Assembly: GCA_964647135.1 (NCBI GenBank)
Contig: CAZYHP010000001.1
Location: 1,511 to 65,510 of the forward strand
Direction: 5' to 3'
Source of the DNA: an uncultured Rhodanobacteraceae bacterium
Lineage (GTDB): Bacteria > Pseudomonadota > Gammaproteobacteria > Xanthomonadales > UBA2363
DNA: 64,000 bases
In this document: positions 42,105 through 51,314 of the stretch, piece by piece
Numbering within the stretch: position 1 is the stretch's first letter
How the letters are laid out: each line of letters starts with the position of its first letter
The notes under the pieces: model-generated
Databases searched by the model: none
What the model was told of the DNA's origin: nothing
The model's input: the letters and a program-made list of their open reading frames with translations, nothing else
Position numbers and translations under genes: made by a program

Positions 42105-42554
42105 ATGACCCACACCATCCACCTGAATCGTGTCCTGCGCGCACCACCGGAGCGTGTATACCGCGCCTTCCTCGATCCGGCGGCGATAGTGAAGTGGAGT
42201 CCGCCGCACGGCTTTACCGGCACGGTGCATCACAGCGATGTCCGCGTCGGCGGCAGCTACCGCATGTCGTTCACCAATTTCCGTACCGGGTCGTCGCACA
42301 CGTTCGGTGGCACCTATCGAGAACTCGTCGCGGGCGAGCGCATCCGCTACGACGATGCCTTCGAGGATCCTGCCCTGCCAGGCACCATGGATGTCACGAT
42401 CGAGCTGCGGGCGGTGCCGTGCGGAACCGATGTCTCCATCACACAGGGCGGCGTGCCCGAGATGATTCCGGCGGAAGCCTGCCACCTGGGCTGGCAGGAG
42501 TCGCTGGCGCTGCTGGCAGCGCTGGTGGAAGCGGAAATTCCGGACGGCGCCTGA
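42105..42554 (+). CDS. SRPBCC-superfamily protein (AHSA1/START-like)
   Basis: This is the in-frame C-terminal part of track ORF 41454..42554. It reads MTHTIHLNRVLRAPPERVYRAFLDPAAIVKWSPPHGF...GGSYRMSF...HTFGGTYRELVAGERIRY, typical of Aha1-domain SRPBCC proteins. Confidence 0.8.
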   Translation: MTHTIHLNRVLRAPPERVYRAFLDPAAIVKWSPPHGFTGTVHHSDVRVGGSYRMSFTNFRTGSSHTFGGTYRELVAGERIRYDDAFEDPALPGTMDVTIELRAVPCGTDVSITQGGVPEMIPAEACHLGWQESLALLAALVEAEIPDGA

Positions 42555-42560
42555 GCCACC

Positions 42561-43340
42561 TCAGTTCAACCGCCAGTGCGTCGGTGAGTCCAGAGTTGGT
42601 GCGGTCGGCCTTGTGACCGGTCGCGATTCGCCGTCGATGGCGTCGTCCGGGTCCTCGGCCTCGGGCCAGTCCTCATCCGATTCCGGTTCGACCTCCCAGC
42701 TGTAGGCGGCGCGCGGCGTCATGGGGTCGCGCCTGCGCAACAGCAAGGCAGCGACCAGGCCGCCCATGGCGCCGAATAGATGGGCCTCCCACGACACGCC
42801 GTCTTCGCGCGGGAATACCGTCCAGATCATGCTGCCGTAGAGGAAGAAGGTGATCAGCGCGACGACGATGGCCAGGCGGTCGCGGCGCAGCAAGCCGACG
42901 ACGAACAGGAAGAACATCAGCCCATGCGCCACACCGCTGGCACCCAGATGCAGTGATGGCCGACCGAACAGCCAGGTCCCCAGGCCCGATGCGATCCAGA
43001 TCATCGGCAAGGCCCACAACAAAGCGCGCGGATAGGCGTATCGGGCCATCGAGCCGAGGATCCACAGCGGCACCGTATTCGAGATCAGGTGGCTCCATGA
43101 GCCATGCAACAGCGGTGCGGTCAGGACGCCGAGCAGACCGGCGGCCTTGCCCGGATCGATGGCCATGAAGCGCCAGGAGACATCGCCGACTTCACGGAAC
43201 AGGTGGATCCACCACAGCACCGCCAGGGCGATGCCGACCTGGCCGATGGCTTGGCCGATGCGATAGCGGTCCTCGGCCGCACGCCGGCGGGTCCAGAGGT
43301 GGGCATTGGGATCGACGGGTCCGGTTCGGAGTATGTCCAT
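42561..43340 (-). CDS. Rhomboid-family intramembrane serine protease
   Basis: 259 aa. It has the HGSWSHLISN motif and the catalytic GASGVAHGL segment, with a later His in AHLFGAMGG. Six TM helices. Confidence 0.85.
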   Translation of the reverse strand: MDILRTGPVDPNAHLWTRRRAAEDRYRIGQAIGQVGIALAVLWWIHLFREVGDVSWRFMAIDPGKAAGLLGVLTAPLLHGSWSHLISNTVPLWILGSMARYAYPRALLWALPMIWIASGLGTWLFGRPSLHLGASGVAHGLMFFLFVVGLLRRDRLAIVVALITFFLYGSMIWTVFPREDGVSWEAHLFGAMGGLVAALLLRRRDPMTPRAAYSWEVEPESDEDWPEAEDPDDAIDGESRPVTRPTAPTLDSPTHWRLN

Positions 43341-43383
43341 CGATCCGATCTTGGGGCGAAAGGCGAGCCGGGCAAGTCCCGGC

Positions 43384-43698
43384 TCAGCGGCGGGTGGGCT
43401 CGCTGTCCTTGACGACCCGGAAATCGCCGTCGATCACGCGCCCGTCCACCGTATGCCAGGTTGCTTGGGGACGCACGCCACGTCGCAGCTGGCGTCGCAG
43501 CCACCACATGCGGCCGGTCAGCGCCAGTCCGACCACGGCAATGACGGCCAGCGCAGCCAGGAACAGCATCACGCCCAGCATCGCCATGAACAGGAAAGCC
43601 AGGCTTGCCCCCACCAGCGTCAGGGCGCGCATGAACGGGTGACGTGGAATCCGGCTGCCGCCGGCATGGGTAACGAATCGGATCATGGCCATCACCAT
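43384..43698 (-). CDS. Small membrane protein, unknown function
   Basis: 104 aa with two hydrophobic helices (ALTLVGASLAFLFMAMLGVMLFLAALAVIAVVGLAL). It lies upstream of and on the same strand as the rhomboid gene. GC3-rich. Confidence 0.5.
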   Translation of the reverse strand: MVMAMIRFVTHAGGSRIPRHPFMRALTLVGASLAFLFMAMLGVMLFLAALAVIAVVGLALTGRMWWLRRQLRRGVRPQATWHTVDGRVIDGDFRVVKDSEPTRR

Positions 43699-43851
43699 GC
43701 CGCCGCACCGGTGCGATTACAAGCCGCCCGATGCAAGCCGCTGCCCGGCATTCACGCATGCGGTCCCATGCAGGCCACCACGGCCGTCAGAAGAGCGAGC
43801 GAACCGGCTTCGAGGACATGATCGGTCCGTGATTCGCGCTAGTCTGCCAAC

Positions 43852-44811
43852 ATGTTGACGACATCTTCCCGCCTCCTGCGCCTGCTTACCCTGCTGCAGG
43901 GCCGCCGCGACTGGTCCGGTCGCGGCCTTTCCGAAGCCTTGTCCGTCGACGTGCGGACCATCCGCCGCGACATCGACCGCCTGCGAGAGCTGGGCTACCG
44001 GATCGATGCGTCGGCTGGACAGGGCGGCGGTTACCGGCTCGGTGCCGGCCCGAACCTGCCGCCGGTGCTGCTGTCCGACGCCGAGGCGGTGACGGTGATG
44101 CTCGCCTTGCGCGCAGCCGCCCACAGCATGGCCGGCATGGACGCCAGCATCGCCGGCCTGCTGGCGAAACTGGAGAACCTGCTGCCGACCCGCCTGCAAC
44201 CGCAACTGCGTGCGGTGAACGCCGTGGCGCACGTGTTGCCGGCAGCCGGCGCACTGGCGGAGATCGAAGCGCTCGCCCTGATCGCGACGGCCTGTCGCGA
44301 CCATCGCCGCCTGCGCATGCGTTACAGCGATCGCCAGGGCCGCGAAACGCAGCGCGAGGTCGAACCGCTGCAGTTGATCCTCGCCGGGCGACGCTGGTAC
44401 CTCATCGCCTGGGATCGCCGCCGTGACGACTGGCGCAGTTTCCGTATCGACCGCGTCAGCGATCCGGAACTGCTGCCGGCGAAGTTCGAACCGCGGACTC
44501 TGCCTGAGGCGCCAGCGACATTCATCGCCAAGGCGCTGGCATCGGCGCCGTCACGCTACAGCCTGCGTCTGCGTCTGTCCGGCCGCTACGAAGACCTGGT
44601 CGATGTCGTCCCAGGCTGGTGCGGTCTGCTCGAACCGCTGGACGAACACAGCTGCAGCTTGCGCGCGGGTGCCGAAACACTGGCCGGCCTGGCGACGGCG
44701 CTGCTTTTCATCGGGAAGGATTTCCAACTCATCGACGATCCGCCCTGGCGAGGCGAGCTCCAGGCGCTGCTCGCGAAGGTCACCGCCGCCGTCGCAGCGC
44801 CCGGCCCATAG
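43852..44811 (+). CDS. YafY-type transcriptional regulator (HTH + WYL domain)
   Basis: 319 aa. The N-terminal HTH is RLLRLLTLLQGRRDWSGRGLSEALSVDVRTIRRDIDRLRELGYRI. The WYL core is REVEPLQLILAGRRWYLIAWDRRRDDWRSFRIDRV. Confidence 0.85.
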   Translation: MLTTSSRLLRLLTLLQGRRDWSGRGLSEALSVDVRTIRRDIDRLRELGYRIDASAGQGGGYRLGAGPNLPPVLLSDAEAVTVMLALRAAAHSMAGMDASIAGLLAKLENLLPTRLQPQLRAVNAVAHVLPAAGALAEIEALALIATACRDHRRLRMRYSDRQGRETQREVEPLQLILAGRRWYLIAWDRRRDDWRSFRIDRVSDPELLPAKFEPRTLPEAPATFIAKALASAPSRYSLRLRLSGRYEDLVDVVPGWCGLLEPLDEHSCSLRAGAETLAGLATALLFIGKDFQLIDDPPWRGELQALLAKVTAAVAAPGP

Positions 44812-44996
44812 CCGAACGCGGGCAGGCGCGCGAATATACTCTGCCGCACCGTCGCCGCGCGCCACGAAGGGAAAGGCATCGTGGTCGCCCGAACCATCCG
44901 CATCGACAACCTGGTCATCGCACCCCATCGCGGCAGCGAAGGGGTTCCCGCGTGCGCGAAGGCGGGGTCATTGCACGGTGCATTCAAGGAGGTTGA

Positions 44997-47174
44997 ATGC
45001 GCACGCGCGGCGTGAGGATCGCGCGTGCGGTCCTGTGGCTCTGGCTGGGCTGGCTGCTCGCCGGCAACCTCGTGCTCAACACCGCCTTGGGTCCGAGTCT
45101 CGTCAATCGCAAGCCCGAGCGCTTCCAGCTGCAGTGGGCGCACGGACTGACGCTGTTTCCCGGTCAGCTGTGGCTGTGGAACGTCCAGGCGCGCGGCCAC
45201 GTCCGCAAGACCGTCTGGCAGGCGCAGGCCGGGCGCGCGGGCGGCCGCATCGCCCTCTGGCCATTGCTGGGGCGCCGTCTGGGCATTCCCTCGGCGCAGG
45301 CGCACCAGGTCCACGTGCAGATCGACCGGGTCGAAGAGGACATGCAACCGCCCGAAACACGGCCGGGCGGCTGGTGGATCAGCCTTGACGATCTTCGCAC
45401 CGACAGCCTGCGCACGCTGAGCTATGGTTCGCTGCGTCTGGTCGGCAACGGCGCGGCGCGCTTCGGTGTCCACAAGCAGTTGCGCGGTGGCCCGCTGGCG
45501 ATCCCGCTGGCGAGCCTGCGCATGGACGGTGGCCAACTGTTCGACGACGACCTGCTGTGGTCCAGCCACATCCACATCGACGGCACGTTCCAGTTGCCGG
45601 AACACCGTCGCGAGGAAGCGCCCGGCATCGAGCGTCTTCGACTGGCGACCGCAGTACTGAAACTTGCCGCCCGCACACCGGGCCTGGTGGTGGCTCTCGA
45701 CAGCTCGGGGAGCTGGGCCGCCGACGTCACCCGTCTCGATCCCGACGGTCCGGCCGAGGCGCACGGTGAACTGCGTGTTGACCTTGCTCTCGCAGACGGC
45801 GCACTGCAGCCCGGTGGATCACTGGCGCTGGCGTTGCCCCTCGATGCCATCGATGCGGACGGCGCCGATCGCTCAGGCCAGGCCGGCCTGGTCATCGCCG
45901 TCGATCCCGACCGCCTGCATCTCAGTGCGCGCCTGCCGCCCCCACCGGGTGACGGTGGCCACCTCGACGCCGATCTCTACCTCGCTGGCCGGCAGTTGCC
46001 GATGCCACGCGACAACCGCTGGGCCGACACCGCACACCGCCTCTCCGGCGACGTCGACCTCGACTGGCAGTTCCAGTCACTGCACTGGTTCACTCCGTTG
46101 TTCGCGCGCGCGGCGTGGCTGAATCTCGACGGTGCCGGCCGCGTGCAGGCCGACCTGCGCATCAAGGATGGACAGCTCGGCGCCGGCAGCAGCCTGATCG
46201 TGCCAGCGGTGTCGGCGCGCATCGATGTCCTCGACAACCGCTTCACGGGCACGGCGAAAGCGCAGGGACGCATCGAAGAACACGAGGGCAAACAGCGCAC
46301 GCGTCTGGACCTGCAGGTCGAATCGTTCCGGATGTCACCGCTGGACACGCCCGACACCACCGCAGTGACCGGCAGCAACCTGCGGCTGGATGTCACCGCC
46401 GGCGGAACGCTCGCCGACATGGGCGAATCGGTGCACGCACGCCTGCGTTTCGACGACGCCCGCATTCCCGACCTGCGCTACTACAACCGCTTCCTGCCAG
46501 GCCGCGGCATGCAATTCCTCGGCGGTCAGGGCCGCCTCACCGGCGATCTCGCACTCGACGCCACCGGCGAAGTGGCGCAGGGCCGCATCGGCATGGAGGC
46601 ACGCGGCGCGCGACTGGCCATCGGCGAGCTCGATGTCAGTGGCGATCTTTCGATCCGTACACGCCTGCGGCGCGGTGACCTGGCGGCCAGGCGCTTCGTG
46701 CTCGAAGGCACCGAACTGGATCTCACCCGACTGCGACAGACCGGCCGTGAACGCGCCCGCGATCGAGACTGGTGGGCGCGCGCCACCGTGCCACGCGGTG
46801 AGCTGGTCTGGGGCAAACCGCTGCAACTCAGCGCCGATGTCGAGGCGCGTGCGCGCGACATTGGACTGCTGCTGAGCCTGTTTGCGCATGAGCGCGACTA
46901 CCCGCGCTGGGTATTCAACCTCGTCGATGCCGGCGAAGCGCGACTGACCACGCGCTTCCACTTCGGCGGCGGCGCCATGACGCTCGATCCGCTGCATGCC
47001 CGCAACAACCGCTTCGACGTCAAGGCGCGCCTGCGCATCGCCGACCGGCAACCCCTGGGCCACCTGCTGCTCGGCTGGGGCCGCCTGTCGCTCGGCCTGG
47101 AACTCGCACGCGGCGCCCGCGACTGGCACCTGCGCAAGGCAGCGGAGTGGTTCGAGGGCGGGCGGCTGCCGTAA
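44997..47174 (+). CDS. Large membrane-anchored protein of unknown function (AsmA/TamB-like repetitive beta-rich character)
   Basis: 725 aa. An AAGGAGG Shine-Dalgarno is present and the N-terminal anchor is AVLWLWLGWLLAGNLVL. The rest is long and repetitive with alternating-polarity segments (LRLDVTAGG..., LTGDLALDATG..., DVSGDLSIRTRL...). The family guess is weak. Confidence 0.6.
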   Translation: MRTRGVRIARAVLWLWLGWLLAGNLVLNTALGPSLVNRKPERFQLQWAHGLTLFPGQLWLWNVQARGHVRKTVWQAQAGRAGGRIALWPLLGRRLGIPSAQAHQVHVQIDRVEEDMQPPETRPGGWWISLDDLRTDSLRTLSYGSLRLVGNGAARFGVHKQLRGGPLAIPLASLRMDGGQLFDDDLLWSSHIHIDGTFQLPEHRREEAPGIERLRLATAVLKLAARTPGLVVALDSSGSWAADVTRLDPDGPAEAHGELRVDLALADGALQPGGSLALALPLDAIDADGADRSGQAGLVIAVDPDRLHLSARLPPPPGDGGHLDADLYLAGRQLPMPRDNRWADTAHRLSGDVDLDWQFQSLHWFTPLFARAAWLNLDGAGRVQADLRIKDGQLGAGSSLIVPAVSARIDVLDNRFTGTAKAQGRIEEHEGKQRTRLDLQVESFRMSPLDTPDTTAVTGSNLRLDVTAGGTLADMGESVHARLRFDDARIPDLRYYNRFLPGRGMQFLGGQGRLTGDLALDATGEVAQGRIGMEARGARLAIGELDVSGDLSIRTRLRRGDLAARRFVLEGTELDLTRLRQTGRERARDRDWWARATVPRGELVWGKPLQLSADVEARARDIGLLLSLFAHERDYPRWVFNLVDAGEARLTTRFHFGGGAMTLDPLHARNNRFDVKARLRIADRQPLGHLLLGWGRLSLGLELARGARDWHLRKAAEWFEGGRLP

Positions 47175-47340
47175 ACAGCCCCACGCCTCCGGCTGCTGAG
47201 CCAATTTTGCGCCGAGGCCGTAAGGAAGGGCCCGAACCCGTCAGGCTCAGGCAATCGGGGCGATGAGCAGGTAGAGAAGGAGGGGCGATTACCGCGGTCG
47301 CCCCAGGATGTCGCAGGCACGCCATTCCTGGCGCGTTGCG

Positions 47341-47372
47341 GGCACATCGGCACATCGGCACATTGGTACATC
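47341..47372. repeat. Four tandem copies of an 8-bp unit
   Basis: The units are GGCACATC GGCACATC GGCACATT GGTACATC, read directly. They lie in the 420-nt intergenic region 47175-47594. Confidence 0.9.
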
Positions 47373-47594
47373 AGGACTTCGGCAATTCAGGAGTTTCAAT
47401 GACCGACCAATGAGCCTGAATTGGCGGCGGCAGCGTGTGAACTGCGCTCAATCACCCACCGACGCTGGCGCCTGTGTCCCGGGACCGGGAATCGTGAATT
47501 TTTGTGTCGACTTTGTAACGATTTGAAAACGGACCTTGAAGCCGACCGTGTCGAGGATCACAGTCTGATCAGACTGACGCATGGGAGTGCCGTC

Positions 47595-48209
47595 ATGTTT
47601 GGTTGGTCCTCCGCTCCAGCTGTCGATGCCGCCGCGAATGCGGAGGACTCGCCCGCGCACATGCCGCGGCCCACCGGGCGCAGCGGACTGACCCGGCTGC
47701 TGGTCGATCGCATCCAGGACAGCCGCCGCGATCCCTTCGCCGTCGTCATGCTGGATCTGGCCGGTCGGCCCAGCGGCAGTGACCATGCGGCTGTGGCGCT
47801 CCCGGTCGCCGCCCGCGAAAGCATCGCGCGGCGCCTGCAGGCACGGCTGACGCAGGTCGCCGGCCATGGCGAACTGGACGAGTCGCTTTCCGTGTTCATC
47901 CTGGCCGGCGTCGATACCAAGGCCGCGCTTGAGCCCTTGCGGCAGGCGCTGACGGAGTTGTGTCAGCACAATGTGCTCGCGGACCGGCAGTGCTTCAGTG
48001 TGCGCTGGCGCCTGGCGGCGACCTTCTATCCGCGCGACGGACACGCGCCCTGCCGGCTGCTCCATGACGTGCACACCGTGCTGCGCGGCGAACCCTGGCA
48101 TGACGGCGCCTCGGCGCCGTGCGCCGCCAATCCGGCGCCACCCGTTCGCCGTCCGCCCGCCGCCGAACTCCGCATCCCGTTGGCGTCGGATCCACTGGCG
48201 CTGGTCTGA
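47595..48209 (+). CDS. Hypothetical protein, possibly a degenerate GGDEF-like domain lacking the GGDEF motif
   Basis: Track ORF 47421..48209 (TTG start), trimmed to MFGWSS. GLTRLLVDRIQDSRRDPFAVVMLDLAG resembles the start of a GGDEF domain, and SVRWRLAATFYPRDGHAPCRLLHDVHTVL resembles its end. The active-site position reads ESLSVF. Both coding status and family are uncertain. Confidence 0.4.
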   Translation: MFGWSSAPAVDAAANAEDSPAHMPRPTGRSGLTRLLVDRIQDSRRDPFAVVMLDLAGRPSGSDHAAVALPVAARESIARRLQARLTQVAGHGELDESLSVFILAGVDTKAALEPLRQALTELCQHNVLADRQCFSVRWRLAATFYPRDGHAPCRLLHDVHTVLRGEPWHDGASAPCAANPAPPVRRPPAAELRIPLASDPLALV

Positions 48210-48391
48210 TCTGTCGCGGTGCGCCGGCGCGGTGCTTCAGTACGCCGCGCGTATCTGCCGTATCCACCGCAATCCAGGGAAGAGTGCCGCACTCGCGCCG
48301 GGCTGGACCCGGCTACTTGCACCAAACCCTGCGCGACCGACCGGTGCCCGCCGTCTGGTCGACAGGCGCGACACCGGTGGCCCTGGCAGCG

Positions 48392-51196
48392 TCAGGGTGA
48401 CTCGAAGCCGTTGGCGAACAGGGTTTCCGACCATGCCACGCCGCCCTGGAACAGGATGGCGTTGTCGCTGGCGCGCAGGTCGCCCAACTCGTTGTCGGTC
48501 AGCGTGACCGTCCAGGTCTGGCCATCGCGCGTAAAGGGCAGATCGCGCCAGGCGTAGGTATGCGACTGGTCGGGCGTCAGCGGCGCGTAGACGCGGAAGC
48601 GCCAGGACGGATCGAAGCTGCCGCCGTGGTAGCGCAGGTGCATTCGCGCCTGTGTACAGCTGCCGAGATCGAGGCGGACCAGGCCGAGCGGGAGTTCGAA
48701 TCCGGGGTCCAGCGGGAAGGCACTGGCTGGCAACGCGTGCGCGTTCTCCAGTTGCGCACAGGCGCCATTGATCGGCTCCACTTCGATGGAGACATAACTG
48801 CCGCCGCCGCTGCGAACGCCGTCGCCCATCTCGACCAGCGACGCGACGCCGGCCTGCACGGTGTCGGGAATACCGTCGCCGTTGCCGTCGCCGCCATTGG
48901 GTGCGCCGCTCTCGATGGCGGTCGGCACGCCGTCGAGGTCTTCGTCCGGCACCTGGTCGATACTGAAGACGCCGTGTCGCGTGCCGGCGTAGAGGCGCGG
49001 AATCGCGCCGGACAGATCCAGCGCCAGCGCGGTCGCGGCGCTGCTCGGCAGGCCGACGCTGTAGGAGGTCCAGGTCACACCGCCATCGAGCGTGCGATAC
49101 ACCCCACCGGGATTGGTCTCCGAGCCCGTCGAGCCTGCATAGGCGATGTCGGGATTGTTCGGATCGACGATCAGCGCGCGGATATCGGCGTCGGGTGCGA
49201 TGCCGGTGTTGGCCTCGTACCAGCTCGCACCGGCGTCGTCACTGCGATAGACGATGGAGTCGAAAAGCAGGTTGCTGGTCGACGCGTACAGGCGGCTGGG
49301 CTGGCTGGGTGCAAGGGCGAGGGCGAGCACGGTGCGTGTCGAGCTGTCCGGGTCAGCAGGATTCATGCGCGGCAGCCCATTGCTGCTGTGCACCCAGTTG
49401 GCACCGCCGTCGGTGCTCTTGAACACACCGTTGATGATGCCGCGCGACACAAGCGGGCCCGGACCGGAAGCCGGGTCGTAGGAATTGGTCGTCGTGCCGA
49501 CATAGAGCGTCGTGGGCGTCACCGGATCGACGACGATGGGCACGACCTGCACGGCTTCGTACTGGGGATTGGCCGGGTCAAACAGCGGGATCGGCAGTCC
49601 GTTGTCGGAGGGGCTCCAGGTCGCGCCGGCATCGGTGCTCTTGTAGATGCGCGCGGCGCGGACGGTCGGCGCGCCAGTGACACCGTCGTAGTGGATCGTG
49701 CCGCTGCCGCCGAGGTAAAGCGTCTGCAGCGGACCGGTACCCGCCGGGGCGCCGCCGCTGGACGGGTCGGCGACAATGCTGCGGGCAATCACGAAGTAAC
49801 TGCGCCGGTATCCGCCCGCATCGGTGTAGGGAATGCCGTTGTCGATCGTCGACCAGGTGGCGCCACCATCGGTACTCTTGAACACGCCAGCGTTGCCGTC
49901 GCGGACGGCACCGGACATCGACATGATCGGTTGCGCATAACCGGCGGCGTACAAGGTCGTCGTGAAGGGTGAAGCCGTTGTCTGCGGATCGAGGAAAATG
50001 GTGCGCAGGCCGCTGGCCTCCAGCGTCGGCGAGGCCGAGAACCAGCTGGCGCCGCGGTCAATCGAGCGGAACAGGCCGTCACTCGGGGTATCGAAGGCGT
50101 CGCCATAGCCGGCATACACCCACAACGGCTGCGCCGGATGCACCGCCAGCGACCGGATCTGCGCCTCGCGCAGGCCGTTGTTGCGACGTGACCAGCTCGC
50201 ACCGCCATTGGTGGTGACATAGAAACCAGTGAAGTCGGCAGCGGCATAGATCGTGTCCAGTGCGTCGGGACGGATGAAGACCGCGTTGACGCCGTTGTCC
50301 CAGGCGCCACCGGCGACCGGGCGGATGCCCTGCCCGATGACCGAATAGGTCGCACCGCCATCATCCGTACGTGCCAGTCCGATGCTCGTCAGCAGCCACC
50401 AGACATCGGCATTGGTTGGATGCGCCTTGATGCGCCGGACCGCACCAACACGGGGCAGGGTGACCGGGCCGAGGGGGCTGAAGGTCGCGCCTCCATCGGT
50501 GCTGCGGTAGATCTCGGAATACTGGTCCACCAGAACCTGCCCGGGAACAGCGGTGAAAGTGAGCGTCTCGTTGTTGTTGGCGAGGGGAAGGCCTGTGACC
50601 GCGGTCCAGGTGACACCGGCGTCGGTGCTCCGGGCGATTGCCCCGGAGCCACTGACAAGAAGGCGCCCGGCGACGTGCGGATCGGCGACCAGGTGGTTGG
50701 GATAGGGAATGAAGCCGGTGGCGGCCAGCGCGGTCCAGCTCGTGCCGTTGTCATCACTGCGCCACATCTCGCCGGTACCGGCCAGCCAGATGCGACCTGG
50801 CGTCGTCGGATCGAAGACCAGATCCCGGAATACCGCGACCGCAGGAAGGCCGCCCGACAGCGGTGCCCAGTTGTCGCCGCCGTCCAGGCTGCGGAACACG
50901 CGCGAATAGGCATTCACCAGAAGGATGTCGCCATCGTGCGGGCTCATCGCCAGTCGCCCGATGGACGAGACATAGGGGGCGATATTGAGCTTGGTCCAGT
51001 TCAGGCCGGCATCGGTGCTTCGGTAGACGCTGGATGAGCTGGACAGGAAAACCGTATTCGGCTGCGCCGGATCGACGGCGATATTGGAAAGCGAACCGCC
51101 TTCCGGTCCAGCGGATGTCCACACGCCCGGCCCGGCGTGCACGGGCAGTACGGTGCCCAGCACCACGAGCAGTAGCAGTCGCAGGAACGCATGCAT
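48392..51196 (-). CDS. Secreted BNR/Asp-box repeat beta-propeller protein (sortilin/VPS10- or GH74-like) with a C-terminal Ca-binding-like segment
   Basis: Track ORF 48392..51499, trimmed to MHAFLRLLLLVVLGTVLPVHA (signal peptide). I counted 13 Asp-box motifs by eye (RSTDAGLNW, RSLDGGDNW, RSDDNGTSW, RSTDAGVTW, RSTDGGATF, RTDDGGATY, TTNGGASW, RSIDRGASW, KSTDGGATW, KSTDAGATW, KSTDGGANW, RSDDAGASW, RTLDGGVTW). An Asp/Gly-rich DEDLDGVPT...NGGDGNGDGIPD segment follows. Confidence 0.85.
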   Translation of the reverse strand: MHAFLRLLLLVVLGTVLPVHAGPGVWTSAGPEGGSLSNIAVDPAQPNTVFLSSSSSVYRSTDAGLNWTKLNIAPYVSSIGRLAMSPHDGDILLVNAYSRVFRSLDGGDNWAPLSGGLPAVAVFRDLVFDPTTPGRIWLAGTGEMWRSDDNGTSWTALAATGFIPYPNHLVADPHVAGRLLVSGSGAIARSTDAGVTWTAVTGLPLANNNETLTFTAVPGQVLVDQYSEIYRSTDGGATFSPLGPVTLPRVGAVRRIKAHPTNADVWWLLTSIGLARTDDGGATYSVIGQGIRPVAGGAWDNGVNAVFIRPDALDTIYAAADFTGFYVTTNGGASWSRRNNGLREAQIRSLAVHPAQPLWVYAGYGDAFDTPSDGLFRSIDRGASWFSASPTLEASGLRTIFLDPQTTASPFTTTLYAAGYAQPIMSMSGAVRDGNAGVFKSTDGGATWSTIDNGIPYTDAGGYRRSYFVIARSIVADPSSGGAPAGTGPLQTLYLGGSGTIHYDGVTGAPTVRAARIYKSTDAGATWSPSDNGLPIPLFDPANPQYEAVQVVPIVVDPVTPTTLYVGTTTNSYDPASGPGPLVSRGIINGVFKSTDGGANWVHSSNGLPRMNPADPDSSTRTVLALALAPSQPSRLYASTSNLLFDSIVYRSDDAGASWYEANTGIAPDADIRALIVDPNNPDIAYAGSTGSETNPGGVYRTLDGGVTWTSYSVGLPSSAATALALDLSGAIPRLYAGTRHGVFSIDQVPDEDLDGVPTAIESGAPNGGDGNGDGIPDTVQAGVASLVEMGDGVRSGGGSYVSIEVEPINGACAQLENAHALPASAFPLDPGFELPLGLVRLDLGSCTQARMHLRYHGGSFDPSWRFRVYAPLTPDQSHTYAWRDLPFTRDGQTWTVTLTDNELGDLRASDNAILFQGGVAWSETLFANGFESP

Positions 51197-51314
51197 GACA
51201 AAGTCTCCAGAGGGCGGTGCGGCGGCATCGCCGGCAAGATGGATGGATGCCGCAGGGGTATACAGGACTGACGCGAAAAGCGGCCGAAACCTGCCATCCG
51301 GCAAACCGGCGCGG

